Both the position numbers and the translations under genes were made by a program. Source: Candidatus Bathyarchaeia archaeon (lineage in GTDB: Archaea > Thermoproteota > Bathyarchaeia > Bathyarchaeales > Bathycorpusculaceae). Taken from it: a stretch of DNA of 64,000 nt. Where the stretch lies: positions 160,001-224,000 of the forward strand of contig JBEKSS010000002.1 in the NCBI GenBank assembly GCA_049516875.1, in the 5' to 3' direction. The notes beneath the pieces were generated by a model that made no database searches, was not told the DNA's origin, and saw nothing but the letters and a program-made list of their open reading frames with translations. Shown in pieces: positions 9,010-18,673 of this stretch; within the stretch, counting starts at the first letter, position 1, and every line of letters starts with the position of its first letter.

Positions 9010-11469
9010 ATGAAGGAACTCCCCAGAGAATTCGACGCGTTGGCTACAGAGAAGAAGTGGCAAAAGGCTTGGGAAGAGAAGGGAATCTATCACTTTGATT
9101 GGAAAGACAAAAAGAGACCGGTTTTCAGTATTGACACGCCTCCACCCTATCCTTCAGGCGATTTTCACATGGGCAACCTTCTTAACTGGACTTATTTTGA
9201 CATGGTTGCACGGTTCAAGCGAATGAACGGTTTCAACGTTCATTTTCCTCAAGGCTGGGACTGCCACGGGCTGGGCATCGAAGTGCAGGTGGAAAGAGAG
9301 AACAGAATCAGGAAGCGCGAGATGCCGCCTGACAAGTTTCGGAAGCTGTGCGAGAAACTCGTTGAAACATACGTCACGATAATGAAAGAAGGCATTATGA
9401 GGCTCGGATGCAGCAGCGATTGGACAACAGAATATCGCACTATGGACCCTGACTACTGGAGAAGAACTCAGCTAAGCTTCATACTGTTGTACAAGAAGGG
9501 CTTCATGTATCAGGGCACTCACCCGGTGAATTGGTGTCCCCGCTGCGAGACGGCCATCGCTGACGCTGAAGTGAATTATGAGCAACACGACGGCACTTTG
9601 CACTACCTAAGATTCCCTGTTGAGAACAGTAACGAATACGTGCGAATAGCGACAACACGGCCCGAGCTAATACCGGCATGCGTAGCTGTTGCAGTGCATC
9701 CTGGAGACGCGCGTTTCGCCAAATATAAGAATATGAGGTTGAGAGTTCCTGAAACAAGCCGCACTGTACAAGTGATTCTTGACGAAGCGGTTGATCCCTC
9801 TTTTGGCACGGGCGCCGTGATGATATGCACTTATGGCGACAAGGCGGATGTGAAAACTGTCATTCGTCACAAACTTCCAGTCATAATCATTCTGACCGAA
9901 GGTGGCAGGATAAACCAGAATGGCGGAAAATACGCGGGTCTAACATCACTCGAGGCAAGGAAGGCGATAGTTGCAGACTTGACTAGAGAAGGACTGTTAG
10001 AGAAGACTGAGAAGATTACACGGGAGATTGGTTTGTGCGACAGGTGTGACACGCCCGTAGAAATCCTTGAGCTTCGGCAGTGGTTCATGAAAACACGCGA
10101 GTTGGCAGACAAAGTCGAAGAAGCTACGAACCGGGTTTTGTGGTACCCTGACTACATGAAAGTGCGCCTGATTGATTGGGCTCGCTCCTTAGACTGGGAC
10201 TGGGTGATAAGTCGACAGAGAGTCTTCGCTACACCCATACCCGTCTGGTACTGCAAGAAATGCAAAGAAACAATTCTGGCAGAAGAAGACTGGGTTCCGA
10301 TTGATCCTAAGACGGAAAGACCAAGAATCAAACAGTGTCCAAGATGTGGCTCTTCAGAGTTTGTTCCCGAAATGGATGTTTTCGACACGTGGATGGATTC
10401 TTCAATATCCTGTGCGGTTCACGCTGGTTGGCCGGACAGCAAGGACTGGAAAAGGCTTTTTCCAGCAGATGTTCATCCTTCAGGCATTGACATCATAAGG
10501 ACTTGGGCGTACTATTTGATGGTCAGGCACTTGGCACTGTTTGACGAGGCTCCGTACAAGAGCTGTTTGATCAACGGCATGGTGTTGGGTGCTGACGGCA
10601 GGAAAATGAGTAAGTCACTCAAAAACTATGTTGCCACTCCCGAAGTCTTGGACAAGTACGGGGCTGATGCAGCGAGACAGTGGGCTGCTGGCGGAGGCAC
10701 TACGGGTTCGGACATTCCGTTCCGTTGGCCAGACGTTGAATACGGATGGCGCTTCCTGATCAAGCTGTGGAACGCTTCAAGATTCGTAAGCATTTTATTG
10801 AAAGACTATGAACCGAGAAAAGACGCAGAACATGCCCTTCAGCCGTTGGACAAATGGGTGTTGAGCAAATGTGAGAAACTCACACAGAGGGTAACTGAAG
10901 CTTTCGAAAAATGTCAATTCAACATCGCCGTGGAGGAAATCCGCAACTTTACTTGGCGCGTCTTCTGTGACTGTTACTTGGAGGCCGTGAAAGACAGACT
11001 GTACAATCCAGAGGTCTACGGACAAGAAAAAAGAAAGGCGGCCCAGTACACGCTTTACTTGGTTCTGGAAAGAGTCTTGAAACTCCTTGCTCCAATAATG
11101 CCACACGTTACCGAAGAGATATTTCAAACCATGTACGTCGACGAGGTGAGCCCCAAGAGCATACACGTATCGTCTTGGCCGACGGCCGACGAGAAACGTA
11201 TGGATGAAAAGGTTGAGAAGGAGGGAGACTTGGTTATGGCAATCATAACCGAAGTCCGCAGAGAAAAAGCCGAAAAACACTTGCCGCTCAACGCAAAGAT
11301 TGCCAAACTGACGATATACGCCATTGATAAAGCCACTGCAGAGACGATAACAAAGGGCAAAGGGGACATAGCTGGCACATGCAAAGTCGCTGACATCCAA
11401 GCCTCCACGGAGGAAGGCAAGGGGCGGGAAGTCAAACCATACGGCGTCCACTTTATTGCTGAATACTGA
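9010..11469 (+). CDS. valS: Valine--tRNA ligase
   Basis: IDTPPPYPSG, HMGN (HIGH), DWVISRQR, KMSKS. Confidence 0.96.
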   Translation: MKELPREFDALATEKKWQKAWEEKGIYHFDWKDKKRPVFSIDTPPPYPSGDFHMGNLLNWTYFDMVARFKRMNGFNVHFPQGWDCHGLGIEVQVERENRIRKREMPPDKFRKLCEKLVETYVTIMKEGIMRLGCSSDWTTEYRTMDPDYWRRTQLSFILLYKKGFMYQGTHPVNWCPRCETAIADAEVNYEQHDGTLHYLRFPVENSNEYVRIATTRPELIPACVAVAVHPGDARFAKYKNMRLRVPETSRTVQVILDEAVDPSFGTGAVMICTYGDKADVKTVIRHKLPVIIILTEGGRINQNGGKYAGLTSLEARKAIVADLTREGLLEKTEKITREIGLCDRCDTPVEILELRQWFMKTRELADKVEEATNRVLWYPDYMKVRLIDWARSLDWDWVISRQRVFATPIPVWYCKKCKETILAEEDWVPIDPKTERPRIKQCPRCGSSEFVPEMDVFDTWMDSSISCAVHAGWPDSKDWKRLFPADVHPSGIDIIRTWAYYLMVRHLALFDEAPYKSCLINGMVLGADGRKMSKSLKNYVATPEVLDKYGADAARQWAAGGGTTGSDIPFRWPDVEYGWRFLIKLWNASRFVSILLKDYEPRKDAEHALQPLDKWVLSKCEKLTQRVTEAFEKCQFNIAVEEIRNFTWRVFCDCYLEAVKDRLYNPEVYGQEKRKAAQYTLYLVLERVLKLLAPIMPHVTEEIFQTMYVDEVSPKSIHVSSWPTADEKRMDEKVEKEGDLVMAIITEVRREKAEKHLPLNAKIAKLTIYAIDKATAETITKGKGDIAGTCKVADIQASTEEGKGREVKPYGVHFIAEY

Positions 11470-11494
11470 CCCAAACTTCTGGAAGCGGTAGAAA

Positions 11495-12235
11495 GTGAAA
11501 AAAGTCGGAATAATAGGCTGCGGTGCAATCGGCTCACTGATTGCTGAGGCGGTTGAAGAACGGATTGTTGAATGTGACGAGTTGATTCTATTCGACTGCA
11601 ACGCAGAGAGGGCAGAACGCCTTCAAGAGTCGTTGCGTACCGCCAGTATAGTTGTCGCGAACGTCGACGAAATGCTGGAACTGCGTCCCGCAGTCATCGT
11701 AGAGGCGGCGTCACAACAAGCTGCTCGCGAATACATCGGCGCAATCGTGGAAAGGAACATCGAAGTAATAGTAATGAGTGTTGGTGCCCTTCTAGGTTCA
11801 AAACTGAAAAGCAGCAAGATTCACACGCCCTCAGGCGCCATCGGGGGCTTAGATGCAATTTCAAGCGCTGCGCTGGCCGGGATTGATGAAGTCGTTTTGA
11901 CTACCAGAAAGAACCCTAAGACTCTGGACCTGGACAATGAACAGGAGAAACTGGTGTACGAGGGAACGGCGTACGAGGCGGTTAGGCGTTTTCCAAGAGA
12001 AATGAACGTTGCTGCCACTCTGGCGCTGACGGTTCAAAGTGAAAAACTGCTGGTCAGAGTCATTTCAGATCCTAAGGCAAGCCGAAACACACACGAGATA
12101 ACGGTTAAATGGAAACACGGCGACATGTTTCTGAGGTTTGAGAACGACCCGCACCCCGAGAATCCCAAGACAAGTGCTATAGCAGCATGGTCTGCAATAA
12201 GGTTGCTGAAAGACATTCTCGAAAGGCACGTCTAG
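11495..12235 (+). CDS. nadX: L-aspartate dehydrogenase
   Basis: GCGAIG Rossmann, PSGAIGGLD, FPREMNVAA, NPKTS. Confidence 0.9.
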   Translation: MKKVGIIGCGAIGSLIAEAVEERIVECDELILFDCNAERAERLQESLRTASIVVANVDEMLELRPAVIVEAASQQAAREYIGAIVERNIEVIVMSVGALLGSKLKSSKIHTPSGAIGGLDAISSAALAGIDEVVLTTRKNPKTLDLDNEQEKLVYEGTAYEAVRRFPREMNVAATLALTVQSEKLLVRVISDPKASRNTHEITVKWKHGDMFLRFENDPHPENPKTSAIAAWSAIRLLKDILERHV

Positions 12236-13023
12236 GGTTTCAGGCCTGTTCCTACATCGACCCAGACTTTTTCGCCTATTTTCCTGTAGCCGATTTTTTC
12301 ATAAGCTTTTATGGCAGGGTAATTGTCTGATCTTGCGAACAGAGCGGCTGCCTCTGAGGTTTTCAACGCCTCTTCTGTGATGGTCGACGTGGCCAGCGTT
12401 GCATACCCTCTGTTTCTGTGCTCCGGATGGGTGTAGACTCCTCCGATAAGCCATACTTGTGGCAGTTGAATGAATGAGCCCGCGTAAGAAACCAGTTGGC
12501 CATCTCTGAAAACTCCGTAAACGGGCATCTTGCTTATCCAGTCCGCGTACTTCTTTTGCATGTTGGTCGGGCGGTCTTTTCGGCTCAAGAGGAGGTTGGC
12601 GAGTTTCAAAGAGTCTTCATCGGTGTGCAGTCGCCTAACTAGGTCTGACTTGAAAAACCTTGCTGCGTTCTTCTTGACCAGCATCCAGTCTTCACCGTAA
12701 TGCTTTGCGTCTGGAAACCTTTTCTTTAAGGCTGGAAGAAGGTTCGGCGGTGCGTGCGCGATAAAGTTGCTGGTTGGGGCGTGCTCAACTAGCTTTTCAG
12801 CGACGTTGTCTTCGCACTCAAGAACCACGCTTGGAACGTCCGTGGCCGCGTAGATAAGAATGTACCCTTTGAGACTTCCGTTCACGAAAGCTGCGTACGT
12901 TGTTGTGTGTTGTGGGTCGTTTTGGATATCGTAAACGGCGAAGACGTGCCGGGTGATATCGGACCTGAGGGATGCAAGGACCAATGACTTGTTTTTTTCG
13001 TTGATCTCTTCAATATTAACCAT
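12232..13023 (-). CDS. GNAT family N-acetyltransferase
   Basis: VYTHPEHRNRGYA motif A; NYPAIKAYEKIGY. Confidence 0.88.
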   Translation of the reverse strand: MVNIEEINEKNKSLVLASLRSDITRHVFAVYDIQNDPQHTTTYAAFVNGSLKGYILIYAATDVPSVVLECEDNVAEKLVEHAPTSNFIAHAPPNLLPALKKRFPDAKHYGEDWMLVKKNAARFFKSDLVRRLHTDEDSLKLANLLLSRKDRPTNMQKKYADWISKMPVYGVFRDGQLVSYAGSFIQLPQVWLIGGVYTHPEHRNRGYATLATSTITEEALKTSEAAALFARSDNYPAIKAYEKIGYRKIGEKVWVDVGTGLKP

Positions 13024-14155
13024 TGGACTTTGACCATCGTCCAGTTTCTTTCATCAGCGTGTCGATTTCTTCTTCAGTGTTGTAAAAGTGCGGTGAGACC
13101 CGTATTCCGTTTGCTCGGGCGGAGACAACTATTTCCTTCTTTTCTAGTTTTTCAACGAACTTTTGGGGTCTGTGTATTTTGAAGTTGACTATTCCTGAGC
13201 GGTACTGCTTTTCTTTCGGTGTCTGAAGTATGAGTCCCAAGTCTTCGACAGCTTCTATCAGATGGTCTGTTAGTTTCGAAATTCTTTTTCGAACGTTTTC
13301 AATTCCGTAGTGGAGCAGCATTTTCATTGCTTCTGCTGCGCCTACGAAGCTTATTGTGCAGGGTGTGCCTACTTCGAAGCGGCTTGCGGTTTTTGAAAGG
13401 TTCAGGTTCCAGATGTCATAGAAGTCTGCGGTGTCGAACGTTTCTTGTTTGACGCTTGCCCAGCCTACGAATGGTGGTTCAAACTTTTCTATGAGCTCGT
13501 CTTTGACGTAGAGATACGCTGCTCCGTGGGGGCTTAGGAGCCACTTGTAGCAGGCGGCCATTAGGAAGTCAACGTCGTCTCGTTTAGCGTCCAGCTGCAT
13601 TGTGCCGACTGATTGTATTGCGTCAACGATTAGGTAGGCTCCGTGTTCATGGACTATTTCGCTTAGGACTCGCAGGTCGTGGCGGAAGCCGTTCACGTAT
13701 TCAACGTGGCTTATCGCGACCGCGACGGTCTTGTCGTCCACGGCCTTCTCCATGTCGTCCAACAGTATTTTTCCGTCAACGTTCTTCACGTATTGGACTC
13801 TGACGCCTAGACTTTTGCGTAGCCAAGGATAGACAACTGAAGGATATTCCAAGTCTGTTGTGACGATTTTTGAGCCTGGCGGGTAATTGAGGACGTTTGC
13901 GGCTATGTTTATTCCCACGGAGGTGTTTTCGACCAGGGCTATTTCGCCGGCTTTTGCGCCGACCAGTTTTGCGAAGTAGGGTTTGCCGCCGTTTTCACAG
14001 TCGATGGAGGTCTTGCCAGAGTTTGAGAATTCGTTCGCGTATTTTTTTACGGCTTCCGCCACGGGCTTCGGAAGCGGAGACTCTGCAGCATGGTTCAGAA
14101 ACACTTTGTTCTTGGTCACGGGAAACTGTTCGCGTATCTTCTCGGCGTCGTCCAT
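13016..14155 (-). CDS. Class V PLP-dependent aminotransferase / cysteine desulfurase-like
   Basis: FLNHAA, VDAIQSVG, YKWLLSP, RVSPHFYN. Confidence 0.88.
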   Translation of the reverse strand: MDDAEKIREQFPVTKNKVFLNHAAESPLPKPVAEAVKKYANEFSNSGKTSIDCENGGKPYFAKLVGAKAGEIALVENTSVGINIAANVLNYPPGSKIVTTDLEYPSVVYPWLRKSLGVRVQYVKNVDGKILLDDMEKAVDDKTVAVAISHVEYVNGFRHDLRVLSEIVHEHGAYLIVDAIQSVGTMQLDAKRDDVDFLMAACYKWLLSPHGAAYLYVKDELIEKFEPPFVGWASVKQETFDTADFYDIWNLNLSKTASRFEVGTPCTISFVGAAEAMKMLLHYGIENVRKRISKLTDHLIEAVEDLGLILQTPKEKQYRSGIVNFKIHRPQKFVEKLEKKEIVVSARANGIRVSPHFYNTEEEIDTLMKETGRWSKSNG

Positions 14156-14268
14156 GTGTTATCTTCTCTCCAGTGTCATGTTATTAATGCTTCACTAATA
14201 GCGATTGCTGTTGAGGCTTGGATTCGGCTCTTAGCAAGTTTGTCTTGGTTGCTTGTGGTTTTGCTGTT

Positions 14269-15366
14269 CTATTGGACGCCGGATATTGTGGAGCCGCCGA
14301 AGCACGTCCAATTTTTCCTCAATAACCTCTTCAATTCGTCAATTGTTTTTTCGACCGTTCTGCGGCAGTGGGAAGGTTCTTCAGGTGGCGGATAGGGTTC
14401 TTTCACGTTTATTTGGGTGAGGCCGGCTGCGCCCGCCACGAGTGCGTACCAGCAGAGGGGCAGGATTTCAGGATTATACCCGCTTCCAGGCATCAGTACG
14501 AGTTTTCCATCGCAGACTCTGTCAGCTGTATCCCTGACAATCTGCGATAGTTCAAAGAAGCCTTTGACCGTTAACGCTAGGTTTCCGAGAGTGTCTGCGA
14601 AGTGTGGGTCGCTTCCGCCGTTCGCGATTATGATCTGAGGCTTGAACTCTTCGGCCAGGGGGACGAAGGTTTCGTTCAAGGCGTAAATGAAGGTGCTGTC
14701 GCTTGTGCCGGGTGGCAGGGGGACGTTGACGTTGTAGCCTTCTCCTTTGTCCTCTCCGATTTGCCACTCAAACCCGGTTCCGGGATAAATCGTATGTGGG
14801 TCTTGGTGCAGAGAGATGTAGAGCACGGTGGGGTCTCGGTAGTAGATATCGCTTGTGCCGTTTCCAAAGTGGACGTCATGGTCCAATATTAGGAAGCGCT
14901 CAACGTCGTGTTTTGCTCTCAGGTACTCGACCAAGACGGCGACGTCGTTGAACAGGCAGAATCCGCCGCCGTAGTTTCTTCCTGCGTGGTGGTGGCCGCC
15001 TCCGAGGGAGACTGCAAGCTTTGCTCTGTTTTCAATGACAGTCTTGCCACATTCGATTGCGCTGCCAGAGATGAGCAATGCTCCTTCAAGAATCTCTGGA
15101 GAAACGGGCGTTTCAATATCGTATGGCATGCCCTTTTTGGCCAAGCTGAAGATTAGGTTAACGTAATCTTCGTCGTGAACCCTCAGCAAGTCTTCTTTCG
15201 CGGCTGGTTCCGGTTGAATGAGAGCAACCTCAGGTGTGCGGAAGAAGCCTTGTTCTTCGAAGAATTTCATGGCGTTCACGAAGCGGTCGCCTCTGAAGGG
15301 ATGGCCTTCGCCTAAATCGTACTGTTTAAACTTTTCGTTGAAACTGATTACTGTCTGCTGAACCAA
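14269..15366 (-). CDS. Histone deacetylase family / AcuC-like deacetylase
   Basis: GGHHHA, GGFCLFND, DHDVHFGNGT, SLHQ, GSDPH, GSGY. Confidence 0.9.
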   Translation of the reverse strand: MVQQTVISFNEKFKQYDLGEGHPFRGDRFVNAMKFFEEQGFFRTPEVALIQPEPAAKEDLLRVHDEDYVNLIFSLAKKGMPYDIETPVSPEILEGALLISGSAIECGKTVIENRAKLAVSLGGGHHHAGRNYGGGFCLFNDVAVLVEYLRAKHDVERFLILDHDVHFGNGTSDIYYRDPTVLYISLHQDPHTIYPGTGFEWQIGEDKGEGYNVNVPLPPGTSDSTFIYALNETFVPLAEEFKPQIIIANGGSDPHFADTLGNLALTVKGFFELSQIVRDTADRVCDGKLVLMPGSGYNPEILPLCWYALVAGAAGLTQINVKEPYPPPEEPSHCRRTVEKTIDELKRLLRKNWTCFGGSTISGVQ

Positions 15367-15464
15367 TCAAACGCGCTCTCAGAAGCAAGGTGAGTTTGGC
15401 GAAATATAAAATCATGCAAGAGGCTTGAATCTGAAAAAGGGAAAAGGGGGGTGTTGTTAGATTG

Positions 15465-16064
15465 TTATGTTTGCTGTTTTTCTTCGGCTTTGGCCTCTGT
15501 TTCAGAATGTCGCGCTTCTTCGTTGCACTGGATTGTTTCGACCACAGCTTCCTCGGGTCTGGCTTGTTCTTTTTCCCCGGCTTGGGGAGGTTCCTCCGAG
15601 AACTTGACTTCCGGCTCTGGGGTCTGGGTTTGCGGCGGTTCAAATTCTTGTTGTGTCATGATGTCGTCGTTTGAAAGCTGATTCACCGCGTCTTGGACGG
15701 CGTTCAGCTCTTTCTTTGCTGTTTCAAGTCCGGTGTAGAGGAGATCGGTTTCGCGATGATACGTGTCATCGTCCACTTCATCGGTCACGTGTTGAATTTC
15801 AAAATTCGCGAGGAGAATCTCCAACGTCCTAATCTGCTCTTCAAGTTCCATCGCTTTCGAGGCCATTTTTCCTACCAAAGCTTTGCGTTGGCCTTCGATT
15901 TCCGCCACAGCTTCGTTTATCTCTCTGGTGAAAAGGCTGTGCGTTGACTGTGAAATCTTGCCAGTGTCCAGTAAATTGCCCAAAGCTTGCTTCTTTTTCT
16001 TCGCCAACTCATATTCTTCGTTCAATCTGCTAAAGGAATGCTTCCACGATATCAATTTTTGCAC
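15465..16064 (-). CDS. CdvA-like coiled-coil protein with acidic tail
   Basis: Helical region (ALGNLLDTGKISQST...LEILLANFEIQHVTDEVDDDTY...LETAKKEL) resembling the CdvA coiled coil; E/P/Q-rich C-terminus. Confidence 0.65.
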   Translation of the reverse strand: MQKLISWKHSFSRLNEEYELAKKKKQALGNLLDTGKISQSTHSLFTREINEAVAEIEGQRKALVGKMASKAMELEEQIRTLEILLANFEIQHVTDEVDDDTYHRETDLLYTGLETAKKELNAVQDAVNQLSNDDIMTQQEFEPPQTQTPEPEVKFSEEPPQAGEKEQARPEEAVVETIQCNEEARHSETEAKAEEKQQT

Positions 16065-16440
16065 CGTGCAACTGTTTCCATGTTAGAAACAGATAATCTT
16101 TGTTAACATGCCGGTATATCGCCGACTGTTATATTGGCCAGTTTCTGCCTCTGCTAGGGAAGACTGAGCTTTAAAAATTAGCACACCCAGTTACGTTTCA
16201 ATGCGTTGAAAAGTGCAAAAACTTCAAGCGACAGTTGGAACCTCAAATGGGTTCGCGCGCGGTTGCAAAGGGATCTTCTTGACCTAAGCGCGTGTTTGGC
16301 TTGAAAAATGATGCCCGAAATCTGTTTGTTGGCCCTTTAGGGTTCAATTTTTCCTTTAGGCTAGTCTTGCCGGTCAATCGAATCGAAACACTAAAAAACA
16401 CCTTTTTCTCATCTTTAAAGCCGAAACATAAGGCCCAGAG

Positions 16441-16536
16441 GGGCCCGTAGCTCAGTAAGGACAGAGCACCGGGCTTTTAAGCGAAGAGCTTCGCGTGGAG
16501 ACCCGGGGGTCCCGGGTTCAATTCCCGGCGGGCCCG
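16441..16536 (+). tRNA. tRNA-Lys(UUU) with 21-nt intron at 37/38 (16480-16500)
   Basis: Acceptor GGGCCCG/CGGGCCC, anticodon stem CCGGG/CCCGG, loop CT-TTT-A, T arm CCGGG-TTCAATT-CCCGG, intron hairpin GCGAAG/CTTCGC. Confidence 0.93.
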
Positions 16537-16750
16537 TTTCCACTTTCTTTTGAAAAGAACTTGGGCTAAGAAATTCTGAGCTTGTTTCTGTGTTTTGGGT
16601 TTCTAGGTAGTCCAGAATGCTTGATAAGGCTTGTTCCGTGATTTTCGAGATGTTTAGGCTGTGGTTTCTGGCTTTTTCCAGCAGGTTTTGAGGTAGGGTT
16701 ATGCTTACGGTTTTCTTATAGTGGTCCTTTCGTACACGTGTACTAGCTTG
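16500..16750 (-). pseudogene. CcdA/RHH-like fragment reading into tRNA-Lys 3' half; possible intN remnant of a tRNA-targeting integrase
   Basis: Hand translation KDHYKKTVSITLPQNLLEKARNHSLNISKITEQAL...KKVETGPPGIEPGT; no in-frame start codon left. Confidence 0.55.
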
Positions 16751-16756
16751 TTTTTT

Positions 16757-16921
16757 TTACACGCGCGCTAATTCGCCTTGCACAATGGTCAAGTTTTTAT
16801 CCGTTATGTTGACTTTTGAAGGGTTACGAGCGAACGCGACAACCTCATTTCCTTATGCGAGCGCTTGTTCAACAAGTTGTTTGCCAGTTCCACCTGTAGC
16901 TCCAAAGATCGTGGTTCTCAA
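16757..16921 (-). pseudogene. Truncated NAD(P)-binding oxidoreductase (flavin reductase/NmrA-like)
   Basis: MRTTIFGATGGTGKQLVEQALA*GNEVVAFARNPSK...VQGEL; internal TAA and truncation. Confidence 0.8.
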
Positions 16922-16975
16922 TTAGCCGACATCCCTCGTGTTACCTATACCAACGACTATGGTGATATCTTTTCC

Positions 16976-17548
16976 TTAGTTCTTTTCTGGGTTTTTCTTG
17001 GCTAATTTTTTATTTGTGGTCTGAAGCTCCTTCTGCAACATCCGGATTGTCCTTTTCAGATAGGCGCGTTTTTGTTCCAAGTTTTTTATGCTATCTTGCT
17101 GTTCTTGATTTTTCTCCTTAAGGAAGGGTGAGAAAAGGCTGGGTATAACTGGCAGTGGTAACGTTTTTGTTTCCATGTTCAAAACGTCTTTCGCAAATTC
17201 TTGAAACAGGGCGTTCATGCTGTTAGCGATTTCGCTTTGTTTGACAATTGCGCGTTTGAGAATGATCCTGCCTGTTTCGGTAATCTTATAGACCTTTATT
17301 TTTCGGTTCTTTTGGCTGGACCATTCTCCTTCAATGTATCCTGATTCTTCTAGGTCTCGAAGAATGGGGTAAACACCGCCGGCTGTTGGTTTCCAGAAGC
17401 CTTTGGTTTTGTCTTTGATTTCTTTCATGATTTCGTAGCCGTGAGCCGGCTTCCTGTTGAGGAGAATGAGTACCCCAACACGGATGTAGCCTTTTTGCGC
17501 TTCCTTCAGCCAGTTCGCAGTTGTCTCTTCTTCACATTCTGTGTGCAT
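16976..17548 (-). CDS. PadR family transcriptional regulator
   Basis: HGYEIMKEI, WKPTAGGVYPILRDLEESGYI, KVYKITETG. Confidence 0.92.
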   Translation of the reverse strand: MHTECEEETTANWLKEAQKGYIRVGVLILLNRKPAHGYEIMKEIKDKTKGFWKPTAGGVYPILRDLEESGYIEGEWSSQKNRKIKVYKITETGRIILKRAIVKQSEIANSMNALFQEFAKDVLNMETKTLPLPVIPSLFSPFLKEKNQEQQDSIKNLEQKRAYLKRTIRMLQKELQTTNKKLAKKNPEKN

Positions 17549-17641
17549 CTGCGTTTCGAAGTTACTATTGTTTATAGGAATATTTATATTTTACTTAGAT
17601 GTATTGCAACGGATAATATTTCACATGAAGGTGATTTACAG

Positions 17642-18667
17642 TTGGAAACTGAGTCAATAATCGCAGTAAAGAACCTTACCAAAACATTCGGCGATTTCGT
17701 AGCTGTTGACAGCATCTCGTTCGATGTCAAGAAAGGCGAGGTTTTTGGTCTACTCGGTCCCAACGGAGCGGGCAAAAGCACAACCTTGAGAATGCTCTCC
17801 ACGTTAGCCAGGCCAACAAAGGGGACTGCCACGATTGGTGGTTACGACATAGTGAAGAATGGTACTGATGTGCGTAAACTGATAGGCATCGTTTCTGAAA
17901 AGATGATAATGTACAACCGGTTGACGGCCAGGGAGAACCTAATTTTCTTCGGAAATCTCTTCAACATCCCTAAAGACGTCTTAAAGAAGAGAATTGACGA
18001 TCTGCTGGAGCTGGTTCAACTTACCCAATGGAAGAACGCTCAAGTGGGTACATTTTCTAGTGGCATGCGACAGAGGATGAACGTGATACGAGCGCTGCTT
18101 AACATGCCCCAAGTGCTTTTTCTGGATGAGCCAACTCTAGGTTTGGATCCTCAGTCGTCTGTTGAGATCAGGGACTTTATAAAGAAACTCAATAGAGAAA
18201 ATAAGACCACAATTATCATAACGACGCATATGATGGTTGATGCTGATTTGCTATGCGACCGCATAGGCATTATGGACCATGCGAAGATTGTTGCGCTTGA
18301 TACATCAACGAATTTGAAAAAATTGATTTCTGGAGTGAACACAACAATAATGAAACTGGAGATTGGAAATTTATCACCCGATATTATTGAGGCAATCCGG
18401 GCGTGCAAGTGCACGGATGCCGTTTCTCAAGAGAATTCTACCCATTTGAGAATAATCGCCCACGGCGATGAGGCGTTCGACTCAGTAATTGACGCTGTGA
18501 GGGCGAAAGACGGAAAGGTAAATTCTATAGAGAATCTTCAGCCTACGCTTGAGGATGTGTTCTTGCACATCACTGGTCACCAGGTTAGAGATAGTGCAGA
18601 CCAGAAGATACCGATGGCGATGGGTCGTCGACGCTTCGGGGCGCCCCCGCAAGGAAGGGTAAGGTGA
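17642..18667 (+). CDS. ABC transporter ATP-binding protein (DrrA-like)
   Basis: GPNGAGKST, FSSGMRQR, LDEPTLGLD; start moved to TTG 17642 after GAAGGTGA SD. Confidence 0.92.
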   Translation: METESIIAVKNLTKTFGDFVAVDSISFDVKKGEVFGLLGPNGAGKSTTLRMLSTLARPTKGTATIGGYDIVKNGTDVRKLIGIVSEKMIMYNRLTARENLIFFGNLFNIPKDVLKKRIDDLLELVQLTQWKNAQVGTFSSGMRQRMNVIRALLNMPQVLFLDEPTLGLDPQSSVEIRDFIKKLNRENKTTIIITTHMMVDADLLCDRIGIMDHAKIVALDTSTNLKKLISGVNTTIMKLEIGNLSPDIIEAIRACKCTDAVSQENSTHLRIIAHGDEAFDSVIDAVRAKDGKVNSIENLQPTLEDVFLHITGHQVRDSADQKIPMAMGRRRFGAPPQGRVR

Positions 18668-18673
18668 GGCAGT

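Noticed and set aside
10795-11601. 268-aa antisense ORF
   Set aside because: Shadow of valS; no protein-like features
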